Shown piece by piece: positions 1-9,567 of a DNA stretch of 64,000 nt. Source of the DNA: an uncultured Bacilli bacterium (GTDB taxonomy: Bacteria; Bacillota_I; Bacilli_A; RF39; UBA660); assembly GCA_934102215.1 (NCBI GenBank), contig CAKOSH010000008.1, forward strand, positions 16,285-80,284, given 5' to 3'. Every line of letters starts with the position of its first letter. Positions within the stretch are counted from its first letter, which is position 1. Both the position numbers and the translations under genes were made by a program. Under the pieces are notes generated by a model, which saw only the letters and a program-made list of their open reading frames with translations, did not search any database and was not told the DNA's origin.

Positions 1-179
1 ATACCACCACCTCCACCAAATTGATAATCATCAACTTGATTATTTTTATATGGTGTATAATCTCTTATATCAATAATATTTATTTCTACTTTTCCTTTTT
101 CAATAGCTCTTTTCATAATACTTTCTGTCTTGAAGCCATCAAACATACTAGGAAATAATGTCAATATATCTATTCTCAT
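1..179 (-). CDS. trmD: tRNA (guanine37-N1)-methyltransferase TrmD, 5' part only (gene continues beyond window start)
   Basis: Not in the ORF track. My reverse-strand translation from ATG 177-179 gives [59 protein letters not shown], a canonical TrmD N-terminus. ATGA start/stop overlap with rimM matches the conserved rimM-trmD pair. Confidence 0.9.
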   Translation of the reverse strand, partial: MRIDILTLFPSMFDGFKTESIMKRAIEKGKVEINIIDIRDYTPYKNNQVDDYQFGGGGG

Positions 180-655
180 AAGAACACTCCTATATCATGA
201 AAATAAATAATCTTATTTTCTTTATCTATTTTAGTTATGAAATCTTTATTATATGGTATTAACTTATTATTAACTCTTAACATGTTATTACCATTATCAC
301 TTCTATATTCAGTTATTTTACCAACATATTTATTATCATTATACACATCCATATTTATTAGTTCACTTATAAGTATTTCATCATCTTTAAGATTAAGAAT
401 AGATTCATCAATATATACTTTACTACCTTTATATTTTAATACATCATTTATATAGTCTATTCCTTTAAATTTAACCATATCAAATTGTTTATGTTTTCTA
501 TATGTTTCAATTATTTCTTTATCTTTATTTTCTCCAATATAAAGAAGAGTGTTTTCTTTAAAAATTCTATTTTTAAATTCAAAATCACTTACTATTCTTA
601 CTTCGCCCTTAAGGGCATGTGTATTAACTATCCTTCCAATAAATATGTATTTCAT
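176..655 (-). CDS. rimM: 16S rRNA processing protein RimM
   Basis: [21 protein letters not shown]... is a typical RimM N-terminus, followed by a PRC barrel-like C-terminus. Sits immediately upstream of trmD. Confidence 0.85.
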   Translation of the reverse strand: MKYIFIGRIVNTHALKGEVRIVSDFEFKNRIFKENTLLYIGENKDKEIIETYRKHKQFDMVKFKGIDYINDVLKYKGSKVYIDESILNLKDDEILISELINMDVYNDNKYVGKITEYRSDNGNNMLRVNNKLIPYNKDFITKIDKENKIIYFHDIGVFL

Positions 656-665
656 AACAACCTCT

Positions 666-1391
666 TTATTTATATAAATAATATAATATTATAGCAGTAG
701 ATACTCCTACATTTAAACTTTCACATTTAGGATTCATATCTATTCTAACTATTTCATCACATAGACTTAATATATTATCTTTTACTCCATTTCCTTCATT
801 TCCAAATATTATAGCAAATCCACTAGTTTTTTCAAGTTTTTCAAGTGAAATAGAAGATTTTAATGATGTACCTATTACTTTAATATTTTTATTCTTTATT
901 TCATTAATTTTTTCTTCAATATTGCCTATTATTATATTAGTATTAAATATCATACCACCAGTACTTCTTAATACTTTTTCATTATATGGACTTACTGAAT
1001 CATTACTAAATATAATAGTGTCTATATCAAATGCTACTGAATTTCTTATAACAGTACCAGCATTACCAGGATCTTGCACTCCATCTAATATAAGTATTTT
1101 AGAACCAATTTTATTATCGTTTTTTATTTTCGCAACACCTAGTAATCTTGGAGTACTCTTTAAATCACTCATACTTTTCATAACATCAAGAGTAACTGTA
1201 TCATAGGGAACATCATAATTACATTCATAGTTTTCAAGAACAAATAATTCTACAAGTAAGTTATTTTTAATGGCTTCTTCAACTAAATTTTCTCCTTCAA
1301 TAACAAATAATCCTTTTTCTATAGAATATTTTTTATTTAAAAGTTTTCTAATCTCTTTGATTCTATTATTATCTTTAGATGTTACAAGCAT
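666..1391 (-). CDS. TrmH/SpoU family RNA 2'-O-methyltransferase
   Basis: SpoU motifs present: GVQDPGNAGTVIRN, IIFGNEGNGV, ESLNVGVSTAIILY. Confidence 0.8.
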   Translation of the reverse strand: MLVTSKDNNRIKEIRKLLNKKYSIEKGLFVIEGENLVEEAIKNNLLVELFVLENYECNYDVPYDTVTLDVMKSMSDLKSTPRLLGVAKIKNDNKIGSKILILDGVQDPGNAGTVIRNSVAFDIDTIIFSNDSVSPYNEKVLRSTGGMIFNTNIIIGNIEEKINEIKNKNIKVIGTSLKSSISLEKLEKTSGFAIIFGNEGNGVKDNILSLCDEIVRIDMNPKCESLNVGVSTAIILYYLYK

Positions 1392-1392
1392 G

Positions 1393-2028
1393 TTATTCCT
1401 CCTTTAATATTTTAGTACTTTCTTTATAATCAGGTTTATATTTCTTAACAATATTCCAAAAATTCTTTGAATGATTAAATTCTATTAAATGAGATAGTTC
1501 ATGTATAATTACATAATCTATTTCATTAATACTATATTTTATTAATTCAAAATTTAATTTAATAAGTTTTTTACTTTTATTACAGTAGCCCCACTTGCGA
1601 GTCATTTTGCCTATTAACAATTCTGGATATGGAATATCTTCTTCAAATAAATTATAACATATTTCTAGTCTTTCATTAAATATTCTTTCTGCTTCTTTTT
1701 TAAGAAATGTATTTAAATATGTTTTATTTTTAACATAAACTTTGTCATCTATGAATTCTATTTTAGAAACTGTATTTAATATTATAACGTCATACTTATT
1801 TCCTAAGTAGTAAAATTCTTCTTTCTTTTGCTCTTTCATTTGTATTCTTTCATCCATTTCAAGTATTGAATCTTTATTCTTTTCAATGAATGATTTAATT
1901 AGTCCTTTAGTAACAAAATAATTACATGTTATATATATTCCATCTTTTTTAACTCTTAAATACATATTCTTATTGTTTTTCTTAGTTATAAATACTTTAA
2001 ATGTTTTATTATCTAGTATGATTTCCAT
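1393..2028 (-). CDS. YgjP-like (DUF45/M48 superfamily) zinc metallohydrolase
   Basis: C-terminal HELSHLIEFNHSKNFW contains the HExxH motif, with DUF45-like architecture. Confidence 0.6.
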   Translation of the reverse strand: MEIILDNKTFKVFITKKNNKNMYLRVKKDGIYITCNYFVTKGLIKSFIEKNKDSILEMDERIQMKEQKKEEFYYLGNKYDVIILNTVSKIEFIDDKVYVKNKTYLNTFLKKEAERIFNERLEICYNLFEEDIPYPELLIGKMTRKWGYCNKSKKLIKLNFELIKYSINEIDYVIIHELSHLIEFNHSKNFWNIVKKYKPDYKESTKILKEE

Positions 2029-2097
2029 AATGTACCTCTTTTTAATTATAGCATGTTTTTACGTATATAAAAAGCATTCGTTTAAGAATGCTTATTG

Positions 2098-3624
2098 TTA
2101 CATTGTTATATTTGGTACTTCTTCTACAGTTGGTACTTCTATAACTTTTGTTTCTTGTACTGGTGGTTCTTCTATAGTTGGTGGTTCTACTGTTTCATTA
2201 GTAGTTTCACCTTCTGTTTTTGTTTCGTCTGTTAGAACTTCAGTCTTTTCTTCTTGTTCTTTCCATACAGCTTCAAGTTTATTTTCACTATCTTCTGTAG
2301 GCTTATAATTCTCATCTACCGGAGTAATTATTGGATTTTCAGGTTCTTCTGGATTTTCTTCTTTAGTAACCCATCCATCAAAAACTTTTTCTTTTTCTTC
2401 AACATTATCTCCAACTAATATTTCAGTATTACTTCCAGCTTTCTTTTTAGCCTCACTTAACTTGATTTGATTTTCAATCACTTCTAAAGCTTCATCTGGA
2501 ATTACTTCCATACTTGTTTCAGTTTTCTCATCAACTTTTACGAAGTAAGTTGGTGTTTCAAGTCCTACATCACTTGGTTTTGGAACTTCATATTTTTCTA
2601 TTTCTTCTTCGTTATAACCAACTGTTACTGTAGTATCTTCGCTTACATATACAACTGTTGCTTTACCACACTTAGTATATATATTAGTGTTTCCTGTTAC
2701 TTCAATAACCTCATTGTTTGCATATTTAATTACTGAACTTCCAAGTGAACTTGTAAATCCTAGTAATTTAGCTTCATTAGGACAACTATAATCAGCAATA
2801 AGCGTATAGTTACTTAAATTAGCTTTAGCTAAATCATCTGATCTAATTAATGTATTATCTTCATCATAATAACTAACTGTATAATATTCTACAAATTTAG
2901 CATATAAATTAATAACATTTTCACTATCAGCATATTTAATTATACTTGGACTTAATGATGTAACTTTATTTGTATGAGCAGTATCTGTATACCAGCCATC
3001 AAATATCATATCAGCATCATAACCATCAAATAGTTCAACATTACCATCTTTAATATTATAACTAGTTACATTATTGCTAGTTCTATCATATTTAATAGTA
3101 TATGTTGTTAATGAACAAGTCATATAGATATTAGTATCTTTAGTTATATTCTTTGTAAAATCAAATTCAGTATTACTTGTTTCATCAGTATAGTATTTAC
3201 AATTTTCATAACCTGATACTTCATGTGCTTTAACTTTACTGTTGTTTTCTATTTCAGTCATGTATGAATATTTTTCATCAATCATGAAGAATGTAACAGT
3301 AAGTTTCTTTGTGTTAGTCTTAGTTGTATCTTCAGTTTTAGTTGATAATTTTTTAACAACTACTTTCTTTGTTGTTGGTTCAACATCTTCGTCTTTCTTG
3401 TCGTCTTCTCTTTTAACTGGTGTTGTTGTCTTGTTGTTATCTGGTTTAACAGGATCATCTTCCTCTTTCTTTTCACAACCAACTAGAAGACCAATTATTG
3501 TACCAACAATTACTAATATAGCAATAGCCACAAAAATGATAACTCTTTTGTCGTTGTCTTCTTCTTCCATGAAGTTATCTTTTACGTCTATTACTTTTTT
3601 AGTATTGTCCTTTCCTTTCTTCAT
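2098..3624 (-). CDS. Membrane-anchored surface protein with Listeria-Bacteroides-type repeats and an acidic E/T/P-rich C-terminus
   Basis: N-terminal TM segment (VIIFVAIAILVIVGTIIGLLVGC). Recurrent FDGWYTD / FDGWVT repeat signatures in a beta-rich region. Confidence 0.5.
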   Translation of the reverse strand: MKKGKDNTKKVIDVKDNFMEEEDNDKRVIIFVAIAILVIVGTIIGLLVGCEKKEEDDPVKPDNNKTTTPVKREDDKKDEDVEPTTKKVVVKKLSTKTEDTTKTNTKKLTVTFFMIDEKYSYMTEIENNSKVKAHEVSGYENCKYYTDETSNTEFDFTKNITKDTNIYMTCSLTTYTIKYDRTSNNVTSYNIKDGNVELFDGYDADMIFDGWYTDTAHTNKVTSLSPSIIKYADSENVINLYAKFVEYYTVSYYDEDNTLIRSDDLAKANLSNYTLIADYSCPNEAKLLGFTSSLGSSVIKYANNEVIEVTGNTNIYTKCGKATVVYVSEDTTVTVGYNEEEIEKYEVPKPSDVGLETPTYFVKVDEKTETSMEVIPDEALEVIENQIKLSEAKKKAGSNTEILVGDNVEEKEKVFDGWVTKEENPEEPENPIITPVDENYKPTEDSENKLEAVWKEQEEKTEVLTDETKTEGETTNETVEPPTIEEPPVQETKVIEVPTVEEVPNITM

Positions 3625-3775
3625 ATTTTAACCCTCCCATAGCAGTATTATCTTTACTACTCTTAAACTCATTATATATTTTTTTATTATGTAAATCAAT
3701 ATGTAATGTAAAATAATTGTAAACGAAAAGAGGCAATAGTTGATTTACCTCTTGTTGACAGATTGTTGACTGGTG

Positions 3776-3832
3776 TTAGCCAAGGCGGAAGGCTGGTGAG
3801 ACGCCTCTTGAAGTAGTAGAAGTATCGTAATG
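3776..3832 (-). repeat. In-frame diverged tandem copy of the last 18 codons plus stop of the upstream DUF6273 gene
   Basis: The reverse strand directly after the TAA stop (3833-3835) reads CAT TAC GAT ACT TCT ACT ACT TCA AGA GGC GTC TCA CCA GCC TTC CGC CTT GGC TAA = HYDTSTTSRGVSPAFRLG*. The real C-terminus is YYDTADTSRGVSPAFRIG*. Confidence 0.85.
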
Positions 3833-5068
3833 TTAGCCGATGCGGAATGCTGGAGACACGCCTCTTGAAGTATCAGCAGTATCGTAATAATAGCCATCGC
3901 TAGACACATTTAAGAAGGTAAACTCCTCGCTAGAATAGGCCGAACGAAGCCACCATGACCATTCAGCTTCACCATCGTATTTATGTATTTTAATTACTCC
4001 ATCATAATTATCTGCTGTTACTCCTAAAATCTCATAGTAATCTAATTGTCTTGTTACATTTCTTGCTGTATCATAATCTGTTATATTTGAGCTTCCTTGT
4101 GCCCATACTTCTGCTGTACTTAATAAATATAATTTATCTATTGATGTGAAGTTTTCTGTATCTTCAGGTCCATGTCCTGATACTACTATTGTATCTATTA
4201 TTGCATTCTTTAAGTCAGGTGGTAATGAATTATATATATCATTGTTAACAAATGTTCTCATTGTTGTTGCTGGCCAGCCTCCTACATTTGTATCTGTATC
4301 ATTCATTACATGGTCTGTTATTATATCAGCAAACTCTAATACGAATCCACATGCTGTTTGTGAAAAACCTTCAGTATTACATTCATTTGGTGTTGACATA
4401 TTTGCTATTCTTAATGTATGTGTTCTATAGTCACCTAAATCTACTTCTTTTGTATCTCCAACTGAATATTCACTTCCATACCCAGCTTTTACATTTGCTA
4501 TTATTGTTGACCAACTATCAGTTGCAAAATCAGGTGCTTTATATTCTTCAATACCAAGTACTCCATTGAATTTCTTTCCTTGATTATAATTTTGATCAGT
4601 ATTTGTTTCTTTAAATGTTATTGTGAATGTATATTTGTGTGTGATTCCTGATTCAATTGATATCTTTTTTGCTATTGTCATATCACTTATTGGTGCTTGT
4701 GATATCGATTCACATGTTCCTTCTACTGTTCCATTTGCATTAAGTCTTTGACAAGTTGCTGAAATAACTAACTCATCGTTTGTAATTCCATTTGTTAGTG
4801 ATTGCCAAATAACATTGTAATAAGCATCTAGTGTACCATTATTCTTTACAGATACTGTCTTTGTAGTAGTCCATCCTGGTTTTATATACTGTGCATTTAT
4901 TGCTGGACCATCAGTATATGTTAGTTTCAAAGTACCAGCTTCAACCACCATATCTTTTGCATTATCATTACCTTTTACAGCAGTACTAAAGTACGCATAA
5001 GAAAGTCCAGTTGTTAAAAGCAATAACAATACAAGAGCCGTTCCAATTAAAATTCGTTTATCTTTCAT
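3833..5068 (-). CDS. Secreted protein: SipW-type (TasA/camelysin class) signal peptide plus beta-rich N-domain plus DUF6273-like C-domain (paralog A)
   Basis: N-terminus ...LLLLLTTGLSYAYFSTAVKG...EAGTLKL fits the SipW-cognate signal class. C-domain shows DKLYLLS...WWLRS...GVSPAFRIG, a DUF6273-like signature. Confidence 0.6.
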   Translation of the reverse strand: MKDKRILIGTALVLLLLLTTGLSYAYFSTAVKGNDNAKDMVVEAGTLKLTYTDGPAINAQYIKPGWTTTKTVSVKNNGTLDAYYNVIWQSLTNGITNDELVISATCQRLNANGTVEGTCESISQAPISDMTIAKKISIESGITHKYTFTITFKETNTDQNYNQGKKFNGVLGIEEYKAPDFATDSWSTIIANVKAGYGSEYSVGDTKEVDLGDYRTHTLRIANMSTPNECNTEGFSQTACGFVLEFADIITDHVMNDTDTNVGGWPATTMRTFVNNDIYNSLPPDLKNAIIDTIVVSGHGPEDTENFTSIDKLYLLSTAEVWAQGSSNITDYDTARNVTRQLDYYEILGVTADNYDGVIKIHKYDGEAEWSWWLRSAYSSEEFTFLNVSSDGYYYDTADTSRGVSPAFRIG

Positions 5069-5095
5069 AATTTATCTACCTTACTTTCATTAGTA

Positions 5096-5131
5096 AGTAT
5101 AGCATAAATTACCCCCCCTGCAAGCAAACAA
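5096..5131 (-). promoter_or_regulatory. Putative promoter of paralog A: extended -10 (TGCTATACT), G7 tract in the spacer, TTGC-type -35
   Basis: Reverse strand reads GTTTGCTTGCAGGGGGGGTAATTTATGCTATACT about 27 nt upstream of the ATG. The block is conserved with 10809-10845. Confidence 0.5.
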
Positions 5132-5238
5132 AAGTTTGCACTTTGAATATGGTTTAATTTTATCAAAAATTTTTGATGAAATCAACAAAAAAGATACTAT
5201 TTTAGTACCCTCATTATTTTGATTTTATTTTTTATCTT

Positions 5239-6300
5239 TTAGAAATCTCTATTTCTTAAGAATGCTGGCATTTCTAATTCATCATCGTCATCATCTTTGA
5301 TTTCTTGAACTGATTTCTTTTCTCCTTCTATTGAACGATAAAGTGGTTCAGTTGAATCTTCAAATCCTGTTGCGATAACTGTAACAACTATTTCATCAGT
5401 TAATGCTTCATTGATAACAGCACCAAATATGATATTTACATCTGTATTGGCTACCGCTCTTACAACTTCAACAGCATCTTCTGCTTCAAAAAGTCCCATT
5501 GAATTACCACCAGTTATATTAACAATACAATCTGTTGCTCCATTGATAGTTTGTTCTAGTAGTGGACTATTTACTGCTTGTTTAGCTGCTTCTACTGCTC
5601 TATTATCTCCAAAACCAACACCTATACCAATAAGTGCATCTCCTCTATCTTCCATGATAGTTCTAACATCTGCAAAGTCTAGGTTAACAAGTCCTGGAAC
5701 ACTAATTAAATCACTTATTGATTGAACTCCTAAACGAAGAACATTATCAACTTCTTTAAATGCTGCATTAAGTGGAGTACTTCTATCAATTAAATCTCTT
5801 AACTTGTCATTAGGTATTACTACAATAGTATCAACATGTTTTCTAAGTTCATCAAGTCCAACTAAAGCATAATCCATTCTTTTCTTACCTTCAAATTTAA
5901 ATGGTTTAGTTACTATTGCAACTGTTAAGCATCCAAGATTTTGTGCGATTTCAGCAACAACTGGAGCAGCCCCTGTACCAGTTCCACCACCAAGTCCACA
6001 AGTAACAAATACCATATCTGCTCCTCTTAAAGCATCTTCAATTTCTTCTTTTGCTTCAAGTGCTGCTTCTCTACCAACTTCTGGTCTAGTACCTGCACCT
6101 CTTCCTTTAGTTATAGTTTTACCTAACTGAATTTTATTTTCGGCATGAGATACATTTAATACTTGTTGATCAGTATTCGCAACAATAAATTCAACTCCTC
6201 TAAGTCCTGAATCTATCATTCTATTTACTGCATTACATCCGCCACCACCGACACCAATTACTTTTATATCGGCTATTTGATCCATCTCTAAATTATTCAT
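5239..6300 (-). CDS. ftsZ: Cell division GTPase FtsZ
   Basis: [13 protein letters not shown] and [13 protein letters not shown] tubulin signatures. C-terminal [10 protein letters not shown] peptide. Confidence 0.97.
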   Translation of the reverse strand: MNNLEMDQIADIKVIGVGGGGCNAVNRMIDSGLRGVEFIVANTDQQVLNVSHAENKIQLGKTITKGRGAGTRPEVGREAALEAKEEIEDALRGADMVFVTCGLGGGTGTGAAPVVAEIAQNLGCLTVAIVTKPFKFEGKKRMDYALVGLDELRKHVDTIVVIPNDKLRDLIDRSTPLNAAFKEVDNVLRLGVQSISDLISVPGLVNLDFADVRTIMEDRGDALIGIGVGFGDNRAVEAAKQAVNSPLLEQTINGATDCIVNITGGNSMGLFEAEDAVEVVRAVANTDVNIIFGAVINEALTDEIVVTVIATGFEDSTEPLYRSIEGEKKSVQEIKDDDDDELEMPAFLRNRDF

Positions 6301-6310
6301 ATTTCACTCC

Positions 6311-7546
6311 TTAATCGTTGAAAAAATATCCATATATTTTTCCAAGTACTGTGCTATTATTACTTTTCTTTGTATTTATAAGTTCACTTTGACTTTCTTC
6401 ATCAACTGTATAAGCAAGTTTATTTCTAAATGCTAACTTATCATGATAATATTTTATTAGTCCAAGAGAACTAGAATATTTATTGTGTCGGCATCCTATT
6501 TCTTTTACTTTATAAGATTTCATTTCTCTGCCAAACACTTCATCGACAACTAGATTAAAATCATTTACCTCTGTTGTTCCTCCAGTTATTATTATATAAC
6601 TAATTTCCAGCTTTGTTAAGAGGTTTATTTGCTTTTTTACTAGTTCTAATATTTCTTTTATTCTTGAATTAATTATTTCACTTAATTCATACTGACTTAT
6701 CTTTATATTCTCTTTTGTATTATTTTCTACATCTTCACTCCATGAAGTGGATGCATTTCTTTTAGATGCTAAAGCAAATTTTTCTTTCAATACTTTTGCA
6801 TTCTTTCTACTTATATCATATATGTAACAAATATCTCTGTCAATATTTTTTCCACCAATTTCTATATTTTCTGTTTCAATCATTATTCCTTTTTTGAATA
6901 TGCTTACTTCAGTTTTTTCTTCACCTATATTAATTACAGCTGTATTTTTCTTATCAAGTTCATCAGTTTTAAATTCATAATAATCAGCAAGTCCTCCAAA
7001 ATTTATATCTACAACACCTACACCTAAGTTCTCTAAAAGTGAAACTGCTGTATATACATTCTTTTTAGGTGCTAAGCTTATTACTGCCTTACATGATAAT
7101 TTATCTGCTTTCATACCTTTTGGGTCTTTTACTTTTTCTTTATCATCAAGTATAAATTCAATTGGCATAATTGACACAAATTCTTTATTATTGGGTACTT
7201 TATTATAAACACATGATTGTAATACAGATACTATATCATTACCATCAATGATACCTTCTTCATTTCTAACATTAGCACTGCCTTCTGTTATTATAAATTC
7301 TGCATAATATGATGGAACTAATAAAACTACTTTATTAATTTTAATACTTAACATTTCTTCAGTTCTATTAAATGCTTCTTTTAATGATATAAGTGTTTCT
7401 TCAGGATTTACTATTATTCCTTTTTTAACACCTTTTGATTTTACTTCAGATACAGATAAAACATTAACTTCATTATTATAAACTTCACCTACTACAAGTT
7501 TTATCGTAGATGAACCAATATCTAAACTAGAAATTATCTCCTTCAT
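6311..7546 (-). CDS. ftsA: Cell division protein FtsA
   Basis: Actin-like ATPase N-terminus SLDIGSSTIKLVVGE, about 410 aa, directly upstream of ftsZ. Confidence 0.9.
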   Translation of the reverse strand: MKEIISSLDIGSSTIKLVVGEVYNNEVNVLSVSEVKSKGVKKGIIVNPEETLISLKEAFNRTEEMLSIKINKVVLLVPSYYAEFIITEGSANVRNEEGIIDGNDIVSVLQSCVYNKVPNNKEFVSIMPIEFILDDKEKVKDPKGMKADKLSCKAVISLAPKKNVYTAVSLLENLGVGVVDINFGGLADYYEFKTDELDKKNTAVINIGEEKTEVSIFKKGIMIETENIEIGGKNIDRDICYIYDISRKNAKVLKEKFALASKRNASTSWSEDVENNTKENIKISQYELSEIINSRIKEILELVKKQINLLTKLEISYIIITGGTTEVNDFNLVVDEVFGREMKSYKVKEIGCRHNKYSSSLGLIKYYHDKLAFRNKLAYTVDEESQSELINTKKSNNSTVLGKIYGYFFND

Positions 7547-7595
7547 GTATCCTCCTATAATCTATAAAGACATTATACCAAAAAAAATTCTTTTT

Positions 7596-8099
7596 TTAAA
7601 GAATTACTTCAGTAAAATCATATTTTATATCAAAAAAGTAATATGGATCTTCTATTTTAGTTGTTTCATTATAAGTAATACATATTATTAATTTCTTTGT
7701 TTCTCCACCATTTATTATATCATTTACATTCGTAGATATATCTACATTTACATCTTTTGGTGAAACATTTGAATGTATATTGTCTATTTTTATATTACTT
7801 ATTATTGCATTTATATTTCCTATGTTAGTTAAATCTATACTAAATGAATTGGTTTTTTTAAATTCATTTAGATTTCTTATATCTATATTTATAGTATCTT
7901 TTTCACTATCTAGTTTAACTTTCATAGTAGTATCTGCATCAATAGTAACATTATTATATACAATATCATAATATTTTCTTTTGTAATCTACATTTCCTTT
8001 TTGACTAAAATTAGTATTAAGATAAGAATATGTCAAAACAAAAATAAATAATATTAGAAATACTATAGATATAGAATAACTTATTATTTTACCTTTCAT
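7596..8099 (-). CDS. Hypothetical N-terminally anchored or secreted small protein
   Basis: A hydrophobic N-terminus followed by LTYSYLNT loosely resembles the SipW-type motif of the DUF6273 paralogs. No recognised domain. Confidence 0.3.
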   Translation of the reverse strand: MKGKIISYSISIVFLILFIFVLTYSYLNTNFSQKGNVDYKRKYYDIVYNNVTIDADTTMKVKLDSEKDTINIDIRNLNEFKKTNSFSIDLTNIGNINAIISNIKIDNIHSNVSPKDVNVDISTNVNDIINGGETKKLIICITYNETTKIEDPYYFFDIKYDFTEVIL

Positions 8100-8201
8100 A
8101 TTCTTTTCTCCTATACTATTATAAATGATAACATATTTTTTTATAAAATAAAAGTAAAAGCAAATAAAAAGAAGTGAACTTTGTATTCGCTTCTAATTAA
8201 A

Positions 8202-9158
8202 TTATTTTGTTAAAGATACAATAGAGGTTGATGATGCTACTTTTAGTAATTCTTCATTTGATAAGTTTTCTCCAATGATATAGTAATCTTTACCATTCAT
8301 TGTCCAGTTTAATGAAGAACCTGAAAGTGAACCCATTACTGTTTCATAGAATACTAATTCACCATCTTTTGAAGTTACTTCAAATTCTTTAGGTACTTTA
8401 CTAGCTTCCTCTATTAATATAAATGACTTTTCTCCTGTAAATGTTAATATAACTCTTTCTGTATCATCAGTTTTTACTGTTTCTTCACTTTTGAATTTAG
8501 TTCCTGTTGGTAAATACATTGGATAAACTACTTCGTCTATTTTGCCTACATTATCTATTGTGCTATCACTAGCTGTATTTTCTACTTCAAAGTTATCTTC
8601 TTTAAATTCAGGTTTAAAATCTATTTTAGATATTTTGAATTTTATATTAACTATTCCTTCTTTATTAAATACTTCTACTAGTTCTGGTTTCATATCTTTA
8701 TCAAATGTAATTTTTTGACTTATCAATGATGTATTATTTGGATAATTAACTGTAGACCCTAATATATATTTATCTTCTTTTTCTTCAAATGTAACATTGG
8801 AATCATTTTCAAGATCTTTGAGTAGTGATGATAATATATATGCTTGACTACTATTATAAGGCCATTCGCTTTGGAATTTGAAACTCTTATTTAAACTTGG
8901 TGTTACTACGAATACACCATTTTCATTTTTAAGTATTATTTGTTCATGACGATTATCTTTGTTTATAAGTGATGCTTTATAATAATCTCCTTCCATATAG
9001 TCAACTGTTACGTTATAGTGATATAATTCTTCATTACTAACTATGTCCATTTCACCTGTTAGTTTATACATGCTGTTATCATTTAGTAATTTTTTATATT
9101 TTTTGATAGATGAACTTGAATCCATTTTATTACATCCAACTAAAAGTAAACATGTCAT
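8202..9158 (-). CDS. Lipoprotein, LolA-like / YdcC-like fold (tentative)
   Basis: Lipobox LLVGC. The true start is probably upstream (see findings). Overall pattern resembles LolA-fold lipoproteins. Confidence 0.45.
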   Translation of the reverse strand: MTCLLLVGCNKMDSSSSIKKYKKLLNDNSMYKLTGEMDIVSNEELYHYNVTVDYMEGDYYKASLINKDNRHEQIILKNENGVFVVTPSLNKSFKFQSEWPYNSSQAYILSSLLKDLENDSNVTFEEKEDKYILGSTVNYPNNTSLISQKITFDKDMKPELVEVFNKEGIVNIKFKISKIDFKPEFKEDNFEVENTASDSTIDNVGKIDEVVYPMYLPTGTKFKSEETVKTDDTERVILTFTGEKSFILIEEASKVPKEFEVTSKDGELVFYETVMGSLSGSSLNWTMNGKDYYIIGENLSNEELLKVASSTSIVSLTK

Positions 9159-9282
9159 TAATAGTACTATTATCTTTTTGATATTAATTCCCCCTTCACA
9201 ATAAATTATATTTTTATTTATTATTTATATGAATATAATTTTATTTTTTTGTACATAATAGTAGTATGTAGAGGAGGAATCA

Positions 9283-9492
9283 ATGAATACGCTATATAAG
9301 ATTGCACTTACTCTTGTTATTATAGGTGCGATAAATTGGGGAATGGTCGGTATATTTAATGTAAATTTAGTGTCTCTTCTTTTTGGAGTAGACTCATTCT
9401 TAACTAATTTTATTTATGCCATCGTTGGTATTAGTGGTTTAATATCAACAGGAATACTTATGAAGCCATTTGATGAACATCATCATGAATAA
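9283..9492 (+). CDS. DUF378 family small membrane protein
   Basis: IIGAINWGMVGIFNVNLVSLLFG is the DUF378 signature. RBS GGAGGA lies upstream. Confidence 0.75.
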   Translation: MNTLYKIALTLVIIGAINWGMVGIFNVNLVSLLFGVDSFLTNFIYAIVGISGLISTGILMKPFDEHHHE

Positions 9493-9512
9493 TGGCTTTT
9501 TTCATGGATTTA

Positions 9513-9558
9513 AAAAGAATGATATAGTTTTTTTGTTTTTTTATTGTATCATTCTTTT
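9513..9558. terminator. Bidirectional hairpin between convergent genes
   Basis: AAAAGAATGATA ... TATCATTCTTTT forms a 12-bp inverted repeat flanked by A/T runs. It lies between the stop at 9492 (+) and the stop at 9568 (-). Confidence 0.55.
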
Positions 9559-9567
9559 GTAGTTGAG

